Assembly: GCF_039654945.1 (NCBI RefSeq)
Contig: NW_027361682.1
Location: 16,430,001 to 16,494,000, forward strand
Source of the DNA: Dendrobates tinctorius
Taxonomy: Eukaryota
Length of the DNA stretch: 64,000 bases
Direction: 5' to 3'
Shown here piece by piece: positions 1 through 11,652 of the stretch. Under the pieces are notes generated by a model that did no database searches, was not told the DNA's origin, and was given only the letters and a program-made list of their open reading frames with translations. Within the stretch, counting starts at the first letter, position 1. Each line of letters begins with the position of its first letter. The translations under genes and the position numbers were made by a program.

Positions 1-170
1 TATCTTTAGAGACTTTCCCATGATGCTACACAAAGAAGCAGTGTGTTTAAAATACATTCACTGTTGTGCCTCTAACTCAGATGTTGCCACAAAAACCTAT
101 CAGAAGCTTCCAAATACATGTCACCATCATATGGGAAGTCCAGAATTGTTATGTATGTACATATACTTAC
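1..170 (-). mobile_element. Degenerate Sleeping Beauty-like Tc1 5' fragment
   Basis: ttcccatgatg...aaagaagca...aaatacattca...cctatcagaagcttc...tgtatgta resembles the recalled reverse complement of the SB/Tc1 5' UTR and start (minus strand reads ATG GGA AAG TCT = MGKS). Highly decayed. Confidence 0.45.
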
Positions 171-826
171 AGACCTGAAATGCAAGACGAGCTGTATGAC
201 AATCACCGAGAGCGAATATCACAAATCACACGTAGTCACAGAATGTCGAGTTAATACAGCCCTGCCAGACTACATCTCCCGGGAGGTTACTCATTCAGCC
301 TTATCTTATATTGTTTTCATTATTGATTTTGTAGTTTTAGGTTCTCACAGACTTTAATGGACAAGTAACAAAAAAGTAAATTAAAATTTAGTTTTTAAGT
401 ATATAAAGAAAAAACAAAAATACAAAACACCAGTGGGAAGCGTGATGATGACACGTGGGTATTAGGTCGCATACTGGGATTATGCACATCAGAATGGAAA
501 CAGTATCTGTCACTCAAAATATTTGTTTACCCTCCTGCTTCCCTCACCCTCCCATGGTCAGCAGTCACAAAAATATTTGGTGAGAGGACAGAAGGGCTCG
601 TCCTACAGAAAATGCAAGAACAAAAACAATCCTCTCTGGTTACAAAAGGAGCCTTCTCCAAGAATATCAAAGAGGAAAAAGGAAACACAACAAAAAAAGA
701 AACCAAAACACCTAAACACCACGCTGATCCCCAGAAAAAAAAAAAAAAAAAAGCTAACATGCCACTTATGACTAAAGTGGCCTTGTAGCACCTACAGGTC
801 ATATAGAAGACATGCTAACAACTATG

Positions 827-1050
827 TAGAAAAATATTCAGAATTGAGAGTCCTCAGTGGTTGATACCTTTTAATGGCTAACTGAAAAGATGGTAACAAA
901 ATGCAAGCTTTCGAGACTACTCAGGTCTCTTCATCAGGCATTGACTAATACAACATCTGAAGACCATCTTTTCAGTTAGCCATTAAAAGGTATCAACCAC
1001 TGAGGACTCTCAATTCTGAATATTTTTCTATCTACTGGCTAACACGGTAC
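827..1050. mobile_element. Penelope-like element remnant (inverted pLTR palindrome)
   Basis: Perfect 68-bp inverted arms at 827-894 and 963-1030, followed by ggctaacacggtac. The spacer holds a hammerhead core. Inverted pLTR ends are typical of PLE insertions. Confidence 0.7.
900..942 (-). ncRNA. Minimal type I hammerhead ribozyme (PLE type)
   Basis: Minus strand reads AAUGC CUGAUGA A GAGAC cugagua GUCUC GAAA GC UU GCAUU. Stem I is AAUGC/GCAUU, stem II is GAGAC/GUCUC, the core is CUGAUGA...GAAA, and stem III is the palindrome AAGCUU. Confidence 0.75.
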
Positions 1051-1059
1051 AAAGATAGA

Positions 1060-1061
<2 letters not shown>

Positions 1062-1110
<49 letters not shown>
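1062..1110. repeat. (TA)n microsatellite
   Basis: Direct dinucleotide run. Confidence 0.95.
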
Positions 1111-1114
<4 letters not shown>

Positions 1115-1574
1115 CTTTCCAGACAACTATGTAGGCACCAGTGAGGTTCCACAGAGTATCAAGCTGACAATATGGCCACCATGGGTGCAATACGCCCAGG
1201 TGTGGCACATTGGCTGTAAGTTTGAAGCCAATATTTGTTGGAGGAGTTGATAATTCACAACAGAAACCCCAAAAATCAGGTGGAAGATGGATATGAAGTA
1301 GACAAGGAGTCAGCATTTGGACCCTGTGGTTGGAGGGAGAAGTGTTTTGGAGAAGGTTCTGCAGTCTGGCGCCAAACAGTGGGGTCTTGTAAGTGAGGTG
1401 GAAAAATCCGAAGACCCCGATGTCTAGTCTGAGGGTGACGTAATGGCAGATCTGTCAGCACAAAGGCTTTGAACACAAAGTAGTCTGCCCACTACCAACA
1501 CCAAAGAACCTACAATGAAGGCTCCTAACAGGGCATGTGGTGCCAGGATCTATGTGACCTGTAAGCGGAATCTA

Positions 1575-3845
1575 CAGCTGTAACCTACAGCAACATGCCA
1601 CGGCAGGATCTGCCCGAGCGCAACGTAACCCACAGCAACATACGACAGCACGGGGGCAAACGTAACCCACAGCAACATACGACAGCACGGGGGCAAACGT
1701 AACCCACAGCAACATACGACAGCACGGGGGCAAACGTAACCCACAGCAACATACGACAGCACGGGGGCAAACGTAACCCACAGCAACATACGACAGCACG
1801 AGGGCAAACGTAACCCACAGCAACATACGACAGCACAAGCGCAAAGTAACTCACAGCAACCAAGCCACCACAGGATCTGCCCAAGCACAATGTAATCCAC
1901 AGCAACATACCAACGCAGTATCTGCCCGAGCGCAATGTAATCCACGGCAACATGCCACCGGAGTATCTGCCAGAGCGCAATGTAACCCACAGCAACATAC
2001 TACGGCAACACGAGCGCAACGTAACCCACAGCAACATGCCACCGCAGGATCTGCCTGAGCACAAAGTAACCCATAGCAACATACTATAGCAGGATCCACG
2101 AGAGGAATGTAACCCACAGCAACATATTATGACAGGATCTGCACAAGTGCAACGTAACCTACAGCAACATACTATGGCAGCACGGGAGCAATGTAACCCA
2201 CAGCAACATGCCACTACAGGATCTGCCCGAGCGCAACGTAACCCACAGAAACATAGTACAGCAGGATCCACGGGAGCAACGTAACCCACAGCAACATGCC
2301 ACTACAGGATCAGCCCATGCGCAACTTAACTCATAGCAACATTACATACTACACCAGAATGCACATAAGAGCAATGTAAATCAATGCAACATGGCACCAC
2401 AGGATATGCACACGCACAACGTAACCCATAGCAACATACTACTGTTAGGCCGGCTAACCAAGAGAAGAACCAAGGATGCTGGCAAGTCGGAGGCCGCTCG
2501 TAGTGCTCTGGTCCAGCAGCCACAGACTACTAATCTGGTCATGGGTCCTGTGAATTTGCTGTAACCCATAGCAAAGTACTACATGAGTGTAACGTAACTC
2601 ATAGTAATCAAATGTAGCCTGTCAGCAACATATCACAGAAGTGCCACCTGCCTGCAAAACCCACAGTATCATACTACAGCAAAACCAACTTGGGAGCGGC
2701 GTAACCCATAGCAACAAAATGTAACATCAGCAACATCTCACGGAGGCTAGGCACGCACCGTAACCCACAGCAACATCTCACGGAGGATAGGCACGCACCA
2801 CAACCCACAGCAACATCTCACGGAGGAGGCTATGCCCAAATCGTAACCCATAGAAACATCTCACTGAGGCTAGGCACGCACCGTAACCCACAGCAACATC
2901 TCACGGAGGATAGGCACGCACCACAACCCACAGCAACATCTCACGGAGGAGGCTATGCCCAAATCGTAACCCATAGAAACATCTCACTGAGGCTAAGCAC
3001 GCACCGCAACATCTCACTGAGGCTAGGCACGCACCGCAACCCACAGCAACATCTCACTGAGGCTAGGCACGAATCGTAACCCATAGAAACATCTCACTGA
3101 GGCTAGGCACGCACCGCAACATCTCACGGAGGAGGCTATGCACAAATCGTAACCTATAGAAACATTTCACTGAGGCTAGGCACGCACCGCAACATCTCAC
3201 TGAAGCTAGGCACGCACCGCAACATCTCACTGAAGCTAGGCACGCACCGCAACATCTCACTGAAGCTAGGCACGCACCGCAACATCTCACTGAAGCTAGG
3301 CACGCACCGCAACATCTCACTGAAGCTAGGCACGCACCGCAACATCTCACTGAAGCTAGGCACGCACCGCAACATCTCACTGAAGCTAGGCACGCACCGC
3401 AACATCTCACTGAAGCTAGGCACGCACCGCAACATCTCACTGAAGCTAGGCACGCACCGCAACATCTCACTGAAGCTAGGCACGCACCGCAACATCTCAC
3501 TGAAGCTAGGCACGCACCGCAACATCTCACTGAAGCTAGGCACGCACCGCAACATCTCACTGAAGCTAGGCACGCACCGCAACATCTCACTGAAGCTAGG
3601 CACGCACCGCAACATCTCACTGAAGCTAGGCACGCACCGCAACATCTCACGGAGGCTAGGCACGCACCGCAACATCTCACGGAGGCTATGCACGAACCGT
3701 AACCCATAGAAACATCTCACTGATGCTAGGCACGCACTGCAACATCTCACTGAGGCTAGGCACGCACCGCAACATCTCACTGAGGCTAGGCACGCACCGC
3801 AACATCTCACACAGAGGCTAGGCAGGCACCGTAACCCATAGAAAC
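1575..3845. repeat. Compound minisatellite (39/45-bp gtaacccacagcaacat units evolving into a 30-bp cacgcaccgcaacatctcactgaagctagg unit)
   Basis: 39-bp units at about 1620-1850 and 45-bp variants to about 2450. A near-perfect 30-bp array runs about 3170-3690. Lies in an intron downstream of NARF coding exon 1. Confidence 0.95.
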
Positions 3846-4237
3846 CAAATAAGTAGCATATCATGGAAGCTATACACATGCACCCTAACCCATAGAAAAC
3901 AAGTGTAACACGTACTCCGCACGCTACAGCAGAAGCGACACCTGTCCACTGTATCCCATAGCAACAATTTACAGCAGAATCTACCATCCACGTGAGCTGT
4001 ATCTCATAGCAACCAAAAAACACTTACAACAAGGAAACGTGCAGCAAAAGCAGGAAGCAAACAGGGAACGCGCATCAGAAATCATCGGTCGAAGAACACA
4101 TTGCCTGCAATATCCTAGAAAAGGTCCTAGAGAGCTGCAGAAGAGCACAAAGCCTATCGGGAGGTGGCCCCAATGGCATTTCTGGTTGCCCTGATCTTCC
4201 AAAGATGTCGTAACGAAAAACACATGCATTGTGTGAT

Positions 4238-4238
<1 letters not shown>

Positions 4239-4286
<48 letters not shown>
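4239..4286. repeat. (TA)n(CA)n microsatellite
   Basis: Direct. Confidence 0.9.
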
Positions 4287-4554
4287 GTATAGAAGGCAAA
4301 ATAATTAGAAATATTAGCAAAAATACAGAAGACATTAAGGTAATGCCAGCAGGTAAAAATATTATTGGAAAAAAATTGTATATAACTAGAAAATAATTGA
4401 TAATAGTCGGCATTTAAAGGGCCAGGCCGTGTATGAGAGGCGCTGGGGTCTCAGGGGTTAATCCTGTGTCCTGCAGTGCAGGGATATAGTGTATCCAGCA
4501 CACTGGCTGATAAGGGGTTAAGCGTCAGCCATTTCTGTGGCGGGGGTCGCTCAC

Positions 4555-4581
4555 CGCCTTGGTGCAGTTCTCACACTTCAT
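4555..4581 (-). CDS. NARF: Nuclear prelamin A recognition factor, coding exon 1 (MKCENCTKA)
   Basis: ATG AAG TGT GAG AAC TGC ACC AAG GCG|GTGAG matches the human NARF start MKCEHCTRK with the same 27-nt coding length. Head-to-head synteny with CYBC1. No further NARF exons were found in the window. Confidence 0.85.
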
Positions 4582-5070
4582 GTCTGGCCGGTCAGGGTCG
4601 TCCCTGGTCCGGGGGTCGCACGGCTCCGCACGGCACAGGCTGCTGCCCCTCCGCTGTCACCCCGAGCTTTGTTACCCCTCGTCTCTTGCCTCTTACTTTG
4701 CTCACGTTTAATTGATAGCTCCTCAACCAATGAGAAGCAAGGGAAGGTGGATTTCCTCACGTAACCCCGCCCAGGACACGCCCACCTGATCATATTTTCC
4801 TAATACACTGTCCTCACTGTGGCTGCCATGTTTTTGAAGACCGCTCCGAAGACTTAAATAGGCGCCACTTCGGCAAAATGCCTCCTGCTAAGGGGTACAG
4901 TATAATCGAGTCGAGTTTTTCCTCTAGTGCTGTGAGGTTAGAACGAAGCGAATAGTGGTCATGTGACGACTGTAAACTATAGGGATACACGAGAGACTAG
5001 AGGGGGCGCTGCGGAGCTGATGCAGTATTTCCTCCGCAATGTACTCCGCGCATTGAAAATGTAAATGAAT
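4582..5070. promoter_or_regulatory. CpG-rich divergent promoter region, NARF/CYBC1
   Basis: CpG-rich stretch upstream of the NARF ATG, with GCCATGTT (YY1-like, about 4825) and GTCATGTGAC (E-box/M-box, 4958-4967). Confidence 0.55.
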
Positions 5071-5615
5071 AGTGCGCCCTCTAGTAGACTTAGAAGATGC
5101 GGCGCCATCTAGTGTTCAGCGCCAGTATATATGTTGTTTGTGGTGACCTCAACAGAACCCGGTTATAACGATGAACTGTAGAAAGTCATCACCACCTACT
5201 GGCAAGTATTGGGATGACACGTTAGTGCCACCTAGTGCATAGCATTGCTATAGCAAAGTCGTCATCATGCGCAATAAACAATGAACGCCACTTCGTGGTA
5301 AAAAATGTGGAATAACACAAGTTTGCAGCGCCACCTTGTGGCCTATATAGGGATAACAGCATGAAATGAACTGATAAAGAGCCATCTAGTGGTAATTGCA
5401 GGAATATTATTATGAAGTAAGTTTATGCCGAGCCATCTAGTGGTCATTGCTGGAATAACACTGTGAAATAAACTGATGCAGAGCCATCTAGTGGTCATTA
5501 CCGGTATAGCACTGTGAAGTGAACTGATGCAGAGCCATCTAGTGGTCATTGCTGGTATAGCACTATGAAATGAACAGATGCAGAGCCATCTAGTGATCAA
5601 TGCTGGTATAAGTTT
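5070..5615 (-). promoter_or_regulatory. Tandem array of CTCF motifs (51-bp period)
   Basis: gccatctagtgg/gccaccttgtgg (rc CCACTAGATGGC / CCACAAGGTGGC) at 5330, 5381, 5432, 5483, 5534 and 5585, with degenerate copies near 5076, 5104, 5191, 5227 and 5287. Most carry an upstream U-motif-like TGYTATWCC. Confidence 0.7.
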
Positions 5616-6409
5616 ATGAATGTGAAGCCTGGGTGGGTCCATGCCATATCCCAGCATGCTCTGGGGTGCAGCGTGTACTGAGGAAGTGCAGAGCTGCTGT
5701 GAGGAGAGGTCCAGGTGCAGACAGGACGGTATGTGTGCAGTTCTGTGTCGCTATAGAGGGGGGTGGCGGAAACTTCTCTGTCCTGTGCAGTTACAAAGGC
5801 AGGGAGGGGACAGCCTTGTCATGTGGCACTTTTTCTGCCCTGCTGACATTATTGCTGTATGGTCCTAATGTAACTTTCATGGATTATCTCTGTTATGTAG
5901 CTTGTCTAGATGGTAGGACTACAACTCCCAGCACACAGTACTTCCATTGTGGGGTCTTCTTGTCACCACTTATCCCTGTTTTTTTTGTCTCTTCCTGGGT
6001 GTCTCATTTACACGTCAGATTTATTGTTCTTGGAGAAACAGACTTTAGTGAATCGGTGGGGGCGCCATTATTATTGCACGTCACACTTTGCCCACCAGCG
6101 CTGAGACGATCGTGTGTCGTCGCCCCCCACTCCTCTGTGAGGAGCCGCTGCACTGACACTTCCCTTATTCTCTCTTCTTCCCCATTCTCCAAACTGCAAG
6201 GCCGGTTTTCAGTAAAACCGGAGTTGTCATCGCCCCTTCCCCCATTATTTACCACGAAGAAGCCTCCATGATGACTGTTTCCGTTCCTGTACTCATGCTC
6301 TTGAGGTTTAGGACTATCCTACATAGACTCCCCAAGGAAGGCCCAATCTGATGTAACCCGTCCTCTTCCTCTCCAGGCTCTGATCTCCTCTTCTAGGACT
6401 GACCCCGCC

Positions 6410-6494
6410 ATGTATATGCAGGTAGAAAACCGCACCGGGACCTTCCTTCATCTGAAAAGGAATCCCAGCATCCGCTCGTGGTCGCTGTTAGTTG
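6410..6494 (+). CDS. CYBC1: Cytochrome b-245 chaperone 1 (EROS/C17orf62), coding exon 1
   Basis: MYMQVENRTGTFLHLKRNPSIRSWSLLVG|gtgagt. Full model: join(6410-6494,6948-6989,7097-7170,10373-10469,10545-10689,10769-10892) = 567 nt, 188 aa. Confidence 0.95.
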
Positions 6495-6947
6495 GTGAGT
6501 TGCAGTTTATATGCTACATTACAATATCAATTTTTTTTTTCTTCTGGAAACCATCAACAAGTAGGTTGTAGCAGGGGGCTCTGTGTGTCAAAACCATTGC
6601 ACCACAAATTTGGATTATATCAATGCTGCTGTCAGGGACTGACATTGGTTCTTAGGACTTGTTCACATGCTGCGTTTTTTTGCTGCATTTTTTTCTTCAA
6701 TACGATTTTGCTGTGAAAATTCCCCCAGTGTTTTACAGTACATGCAAAGTGAGTGAACCGCACCCGACATGACAGCCGACCCAGGGTAGGACGTCCTGGT
6801 GGACTCGACATGCTAAATGTATGCGCATAGAAAGAATAATGATCTGTAAGCGGCAGCTTGCTGATGGTTTCCACTTCTCATTTTTAATACTGCCTTTGGT
6901 GTAAATGCGTTGTGTGATGTTACATCTACCCGTCCTGTTTCCTGTAG

Positions 6948-6989
6948 GAATCTCCTCGATCGGCCTGGCCGCAGCCTATTACAGTACAG
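6948..6989 (+). CDS. CYBC1: CYBC1 coding exon 2
   Basis: ISSIGLAAAYYST, AG/GT boundaries, 42 nt. Confidence 0.95.
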
Positions 6990-7096
6990 GTAGGTACCGA
7001 GGAGAAGGGCGGCCCTCCCCGGACCCTGGTGCACGTTTTTGGGTCCTTCACCAAGTCCTATAATCCTGTGTCCGGCGTGTTTCCTTTCCATACTAG

Positions 7097-7170
7097 ATTC
7101 CTGGGCGTGGAAGCTGTTTTACATGGCCGGGTGTCTTTTTGTGGCCCTTCAGAATCTGGAAGATTGGGAG
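7097..7170 (+). CDS. CYBC1: CYBC1 coding exon 3
   Basis: DSWAWKLFYMAGCLFVALQNLEDWE, 74 nt. Confidence 0.95.
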
Positions 7171-7436
7171 GTGAGCGCAGAACGATCTTGGGGTATCTCC
7201 AGGTTATCAGACTCGTGAGATTTCTGGGTTTCAACAAAGTCTGAAGAACTGAGGGTCCTTTTCATGTTAGGACACCCGTTCCTGATTGTCGACCCGTGCA
7301 AACATGGCAGCGATCAGCCGACAAAAATCATCGCTGTCAGCGGCTGATCTGCTCTTCTAATTGTCAGATTGGTACTTAACCAGTCCAGCACATCAAGTCC
7401 AAAAATACCGCCACACAATGACCACATATTACCACC

Positions 7437-7664
7437 GTAGTGATCGCTATCCATCAATAAACAAAACCACTGTACCAAGACTAACGTTGTCCTAAATATC
7501 AGAGACTAATAATACCGCCAGACCATAACCATATAATACCAGCACAGTAGTGATCGCTAGCCATCAATAAACAAAACCACTGTACCAAGACTAACGTTGT
7601 CCTAAATATCACAGACTAATAATACCGCCAGACCATAACCATATATTACCAGCACAGTAGTGAT
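7437..7664. repeat. 110-bp tandem duplication
   Basis: tgatcgct... starts at both 7441 and 7551; the two copies are near-identical. Confidence 0.85.
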
Positions 7665-8177
7665 AAATGACCGTATATTGGTAGATATCAGTTATACACC
7701 AGTGCTCTGTAGACCATATAGTTGTATACTGTACAGATAAATCCAGGGACTCACCGCTGAGGTTCTCTGTGACTGGTCGTTCATTTTGCATTTTATTCTC
7801 CATTCGGCCCAGACCGTCTTTACCAATTTCACTATCCAGATCTCGTCTCTGCAGAATTTAACACGCATACATATTAGGCTCATGGCTTTCCAGCTTCATC
7901 CTCGCTTCACATTTCTAACTATCCAAGGTGTCTTCGGCAGTAATAATAATCCTCCTGCCTCCTCGCACAGTAATGGTGCCATCTATATGGTAATAATGCC
8001 CCTATTGTGCCTCCATTTCCTCTATCGATAGTCACGCACTAACAATGTTCACTCTGAGCCTCCTCTATAGTACGTGCCCCATATAGTAATAGTTCCCCCC
8101 CATAGTGCCATCACCTACTTATATTGCCCCCTATGTATCTCCACACAGTAATGGTGCCCTCTTCTCTGCCTGCACAC

Positions 8178-9925
8178 AGGAATAGTGCCCCCTCCGTTCC
8201 TCCACATAGGAATAGTGCCCCCTCTGTCCCTCCATATAGTGATTAGTGCCCCCTCTGTCCCTCCATATAGGAATAGTGCCCCCTCTGTCCCTCCATATAG
8301 GAATAGTGCCCCCTCTGTCCCTCCATATAGGAATAGTGCCCCCTCTGTCCCTCCATATAGGAATAGTGCCCCCTCTGTCCCTCCATATAGGAATAGTGCC
8401 CCCTCTGTCCCTCCATATAGGAATAGTGGCCCCTCTGTCCCTCCATATAGGAATAGTGGCCCCTCTGTCCCTCCATATAGGAATAGTGGCCCCTCTGTCC
8501 CTCCATATAGGAATAGTGCCCCCTCTGTCCCTCCATATAGGAATAGTGCCCCCTCTGTCCCTCCATATAGGAATAGTGCCCCCTCTGTCCCTCCATATAG
8601 GAATAGTGCCCCCTCTGTCCCTCCATATAGGAATAGTGCCCCCTCTGTCCCTCCATATAGGAATAGTGCCCCCTCTGTCCCTCCATATAGGAATAGTGCC
8701 CCCTCTGTCCCTCCATATAGGAATAGTGCCCCCTCTGTCCCTCCATATAGGAATAGTGCCCCCTCTGTCCCTCCATGTAGTGATTAGTGCCTCCTCTGTC
8801 CCTCCATATAGGAATAGTGCCTCCTCTGTCCCTCCATGTAGTGATTAGTGCCTCCTCTGTCCCTCCATGTAGTGATTAGTGCCTCCTCTGTCCCTCCATA
8901 TAGGAATAGTGCCTCCTCTGTCCCTCCATGTAGTGATTAGTGCCTCCTCTGTCCCTCCATGTAGTGATTAGTGCCTCCTCTGTCCCTCCATATAGGAATA
9001 GTGCCTCCTCTGTCCCTCCATGTAGTGATTAGTGCCTCCTCTGTCCCTCCATGTAGTGATTAGTGCCTCCTCTGTCCCTCCATGTAGTGATTAGTGCCCC
9101 CTCTGTCCCTCCATGTAGTGATTAGTGCCTCCTCTGTCCCTCCATATAGGAATAGTGCCTCCTCTGTCCCTCCATGTAGTGATTAGTGCCTCCTCTGTCC
9201 CTCCATGTAGTGATTAGTGCCTCCTCTGTCCCTCCATATAGGAATAGTGCCTCCTCTGTCCCTCCATGTAGTGATTAGTGCCTCCTCTGTCCCTCCATGT
9301 AGTGATTAGTGCCTCCTCTGTCCCTCCATGTAGTGATTAGTGCCTCCTCTGTCCCTCCATGTAGTGATTAGTGCCTCCTCTGTCCCTCCATGTAGTGATT
9401 AGTGCCTCCTCTGTCCCTCCATGTAGTGATTAGTGCCTCCTCTGTCCCTCCATGTAGTGATTAGTGCCTCCTCTGTCCCTCCATGTAGTGATTAGTGCCT
9501 CCTCTGTCCCTCCATGTAGTGATTAGTGCCTCCTCTGTCCCTCCATATAGTGATTAGTGCCTCCTCTGTCCCTCCATGTAGTGATTAGTGCCTCCTCTGT
9601 CCCTCCATGTAGTGATTAGTGCCTCCTCTGTCCCTCCATGTAGTGATTAGTGCCCCCTCTGTCCCTCCATGTAGTGATTAGTGCCCCCTCTGTCCCTCCA
9701 TGTAGTGATTAGTGCCCCCTCTGTCCCTCCATGTAGTGATTAGTGCCTCCTCTGTCCCTCCATGTAGTGATTAGTGCCTCCTCTGTCCCTCCATGTAGTG
9801 ATTAGTGCCCCCTCTGTCCCTCCATATAGTGATTAGTGCCCCCTCTGTCCCTCCATGTAGTGATTAGTGCCCCCTCTGTCCCTCCATGTAGTGATTAGTG
9901 CCCCCTTTGTTCCTCCATATAGTAA
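8178..9925. repeat. 30/31-bp minisatellite in CYBC1 intron 3
   Basis: ggaatagtgccccctctgtccctccatata (30 bp) switches to gtgattagtgcctcctctgtccctccatgta (31 bp). Confidence 0.97.
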
Positions 9926-10372
9926 TGGTGCCTCAGTATAGTGATCGTGCCCTGGTCAACTGCCAGGCCAGCTCATCAAGCATTTGCCAGACAGGCTGTC
10001 TACCCGTGATTGATGTCTCGTAAAGGGATGTATCCATCTCCTCCTATCTGCCATACATTTATTATTGGTGATGAGCCCACCGCAGGGACCCACATTGACC
10101 TCAAGAATGGGTTCCTGTTGCACACAGCCAGTGGAGAGGTGGCTGTGTATGCGCTTCTCTTCATTCATTTGTATGGGATTTCCAAAAAGTTGCCAATTTG
10201 GCACGTGCATGTCTTCTTTTCCACAATCTGTGCCACTCCAATACCCGTCCAATCCTGTTATCAGTGGTATGGCCATCTTGGCTCTAACATGTAAGGGCAC
10301 CTATAGGCGGCATAGTCTAGATTCATGGCTGTGCGCATTCGGCCTCTAGGCTGATGTTCTTCTCTCTTCCAG

Positions 10373-10469
10373 GAAGCCATATTTGATAAAAAGGTGGGGA
10401 AGGTTGTCCTGAAGACCTTCAACTTGTACAAGAAAATACTCACGTTTTGTAAAGGAGGTCAGGAGGAAG
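10373..10469 (+). CDS. CYBC1: CYBC1 coding exon 4
   Basis: EAIFDKKVGKVVLKTFNLYKKILTFCKGGQEE, 97 nt. Confidence 0.95.
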
Positions 10470-10544
10470 GTAGGCGAAAAAGACAAGTAGGGTTTTGTGG
10501 AAATTCACACAACTGGTGTGTCTGAACTATGTTCTGTCTCCTAG

Positions 10545-10689
10545 TGGTGGTCCTACTGAAAGAGATCCGAGACGTCAATGTTGAGGAGGAGAAAGTCCGA
10601 TATTTCGGGAAGGGCTACCTCATAGTCCTGCGTCTTGTGACGGGTATCTCCCACCCTCTTACACAGAGTGCCGTCTTGGGAGGTAGAAG
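10545..10689 (+). CDS. CYBC1: CYBC1 coding exon 5
   Basis: VVLLKEIRDVNVEEEKVRYFGKGYLIVLRLVTGISHPLTQSAVLGGR, 145 nt. Confidence 0.95.
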
Positions 10690-10768
10690 GTAAGTTCTTC
10701 AAGGTTTTCTCTGCCGAACTTTTAACCGTTGAGGGTCCTCATTGGATTTATTTTTCTTTCTCCAACAG

Positions 10769-10892
10769 TGATGTGGAAGCGGTGGCCAAGCTTCTCACCA
10801 CCTTCTTGGATCTCGACCTGGCGGGATTTCGCTCCCGAATCGAGGAGGAGAGCAGTGACAGCGAAGAGATTTTAGATAAGGAGGATGAATAA
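10769..10892 (+). CDS. CYBC1: CYBC1 last coding exon
   Basis: SDVEAVAKLLTTFLDL...EDE*, TAA stop. Confidence 0.93.
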
Positions 10893-10967
10893 GTGACCCA
10901 TAATATGGACCACCAACGTAATCCAGGCAATCGGGACGACCAAAGCCAAAAAGGTGGAATTTTTTTT

Positions 10968-11000
<33 letters not shown>

Positions 11001-11527
11001 CTGCATTTTAATCTTGCACTATTCCTAGAGCTCCATCTTTGGTGCCGTAGTTGCCTCCAAATATTTATTCTACTAAATCCAAATGCGGTTCAGTGTTAAT
11101 TGTCCACTAGGGGGAGCTCAACGTATTTCATTTTCTGGGTCTACGACACATCCTGAAAATCCCGAATATTCTAAAAAAAAAATAATCCTCCAATCTTGGA
11201 TACTGTTTTTAAGATATTTTTTTTTTTTTTTGTAGAATATTTAGGAAGGTTCAATGAAACCTACAGTGTGCTATCCTAGCTTAGAAGGAAAAAAAAGAAT
11301 AAATATATATTTGCCTGAAACAGCACCACTCTTATCCACAGGTAGTGTCATGTATTGCAGCTTAGCCCATACACTTGGTACGATCAATCTGTTATTTTTG
11401 TTAGGGGTACAGAATTCTGTAAAAGAGTTAAAATAGAAATTCCCATTTTTAAATGGGTTGAAAAATGTTTTTTTTTTTTTTTTTTTTTAAGAGGTCTGGG
11501 CTCCACAATCTTCTACATAGAATAAAT

Positions 11528-11652
11528 TGATAAAATTCTGCATGCCCGTAGCCACCACTAGGGGGAGCTCACTACATACATTGAGCTCAATAATAAAATA
11601 GAGTGCAGTGAGCTCCCTCTAGTGGTGGCTGCAGGCAGACAGAATTCTATCA
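11528..11652. mobile_element. Palindromic MITE core (T2/Kolobok-type)
   Basis: tgataaaattctg..gccaccactagggggagctcact is inverted against agtgagctccctctagtggtggc..cagaattctatca. Confidence 0.6.

Noticed and set aside
531-602. Possible NARF exon 2 (minus strand, AG/GT flanked, 72 nt)
   Set aside because: It has an in-frame TGA in the phase required by exon 1 and no similarity to NARF.
5633-6271. 212-aa plus-strand ORF upstream of CYBC1
   Set aside because: No recognisable domain and a non-ATG start; probably 5' intron or UTR sequence.
1550-8848. Cys-rich and Pro-rich ORFs over the arrays at 1.6-3.8 kb and 8.2-8.8 kb
   Set aside because: Minisatellite translations within NARF and CYBC1 introns.
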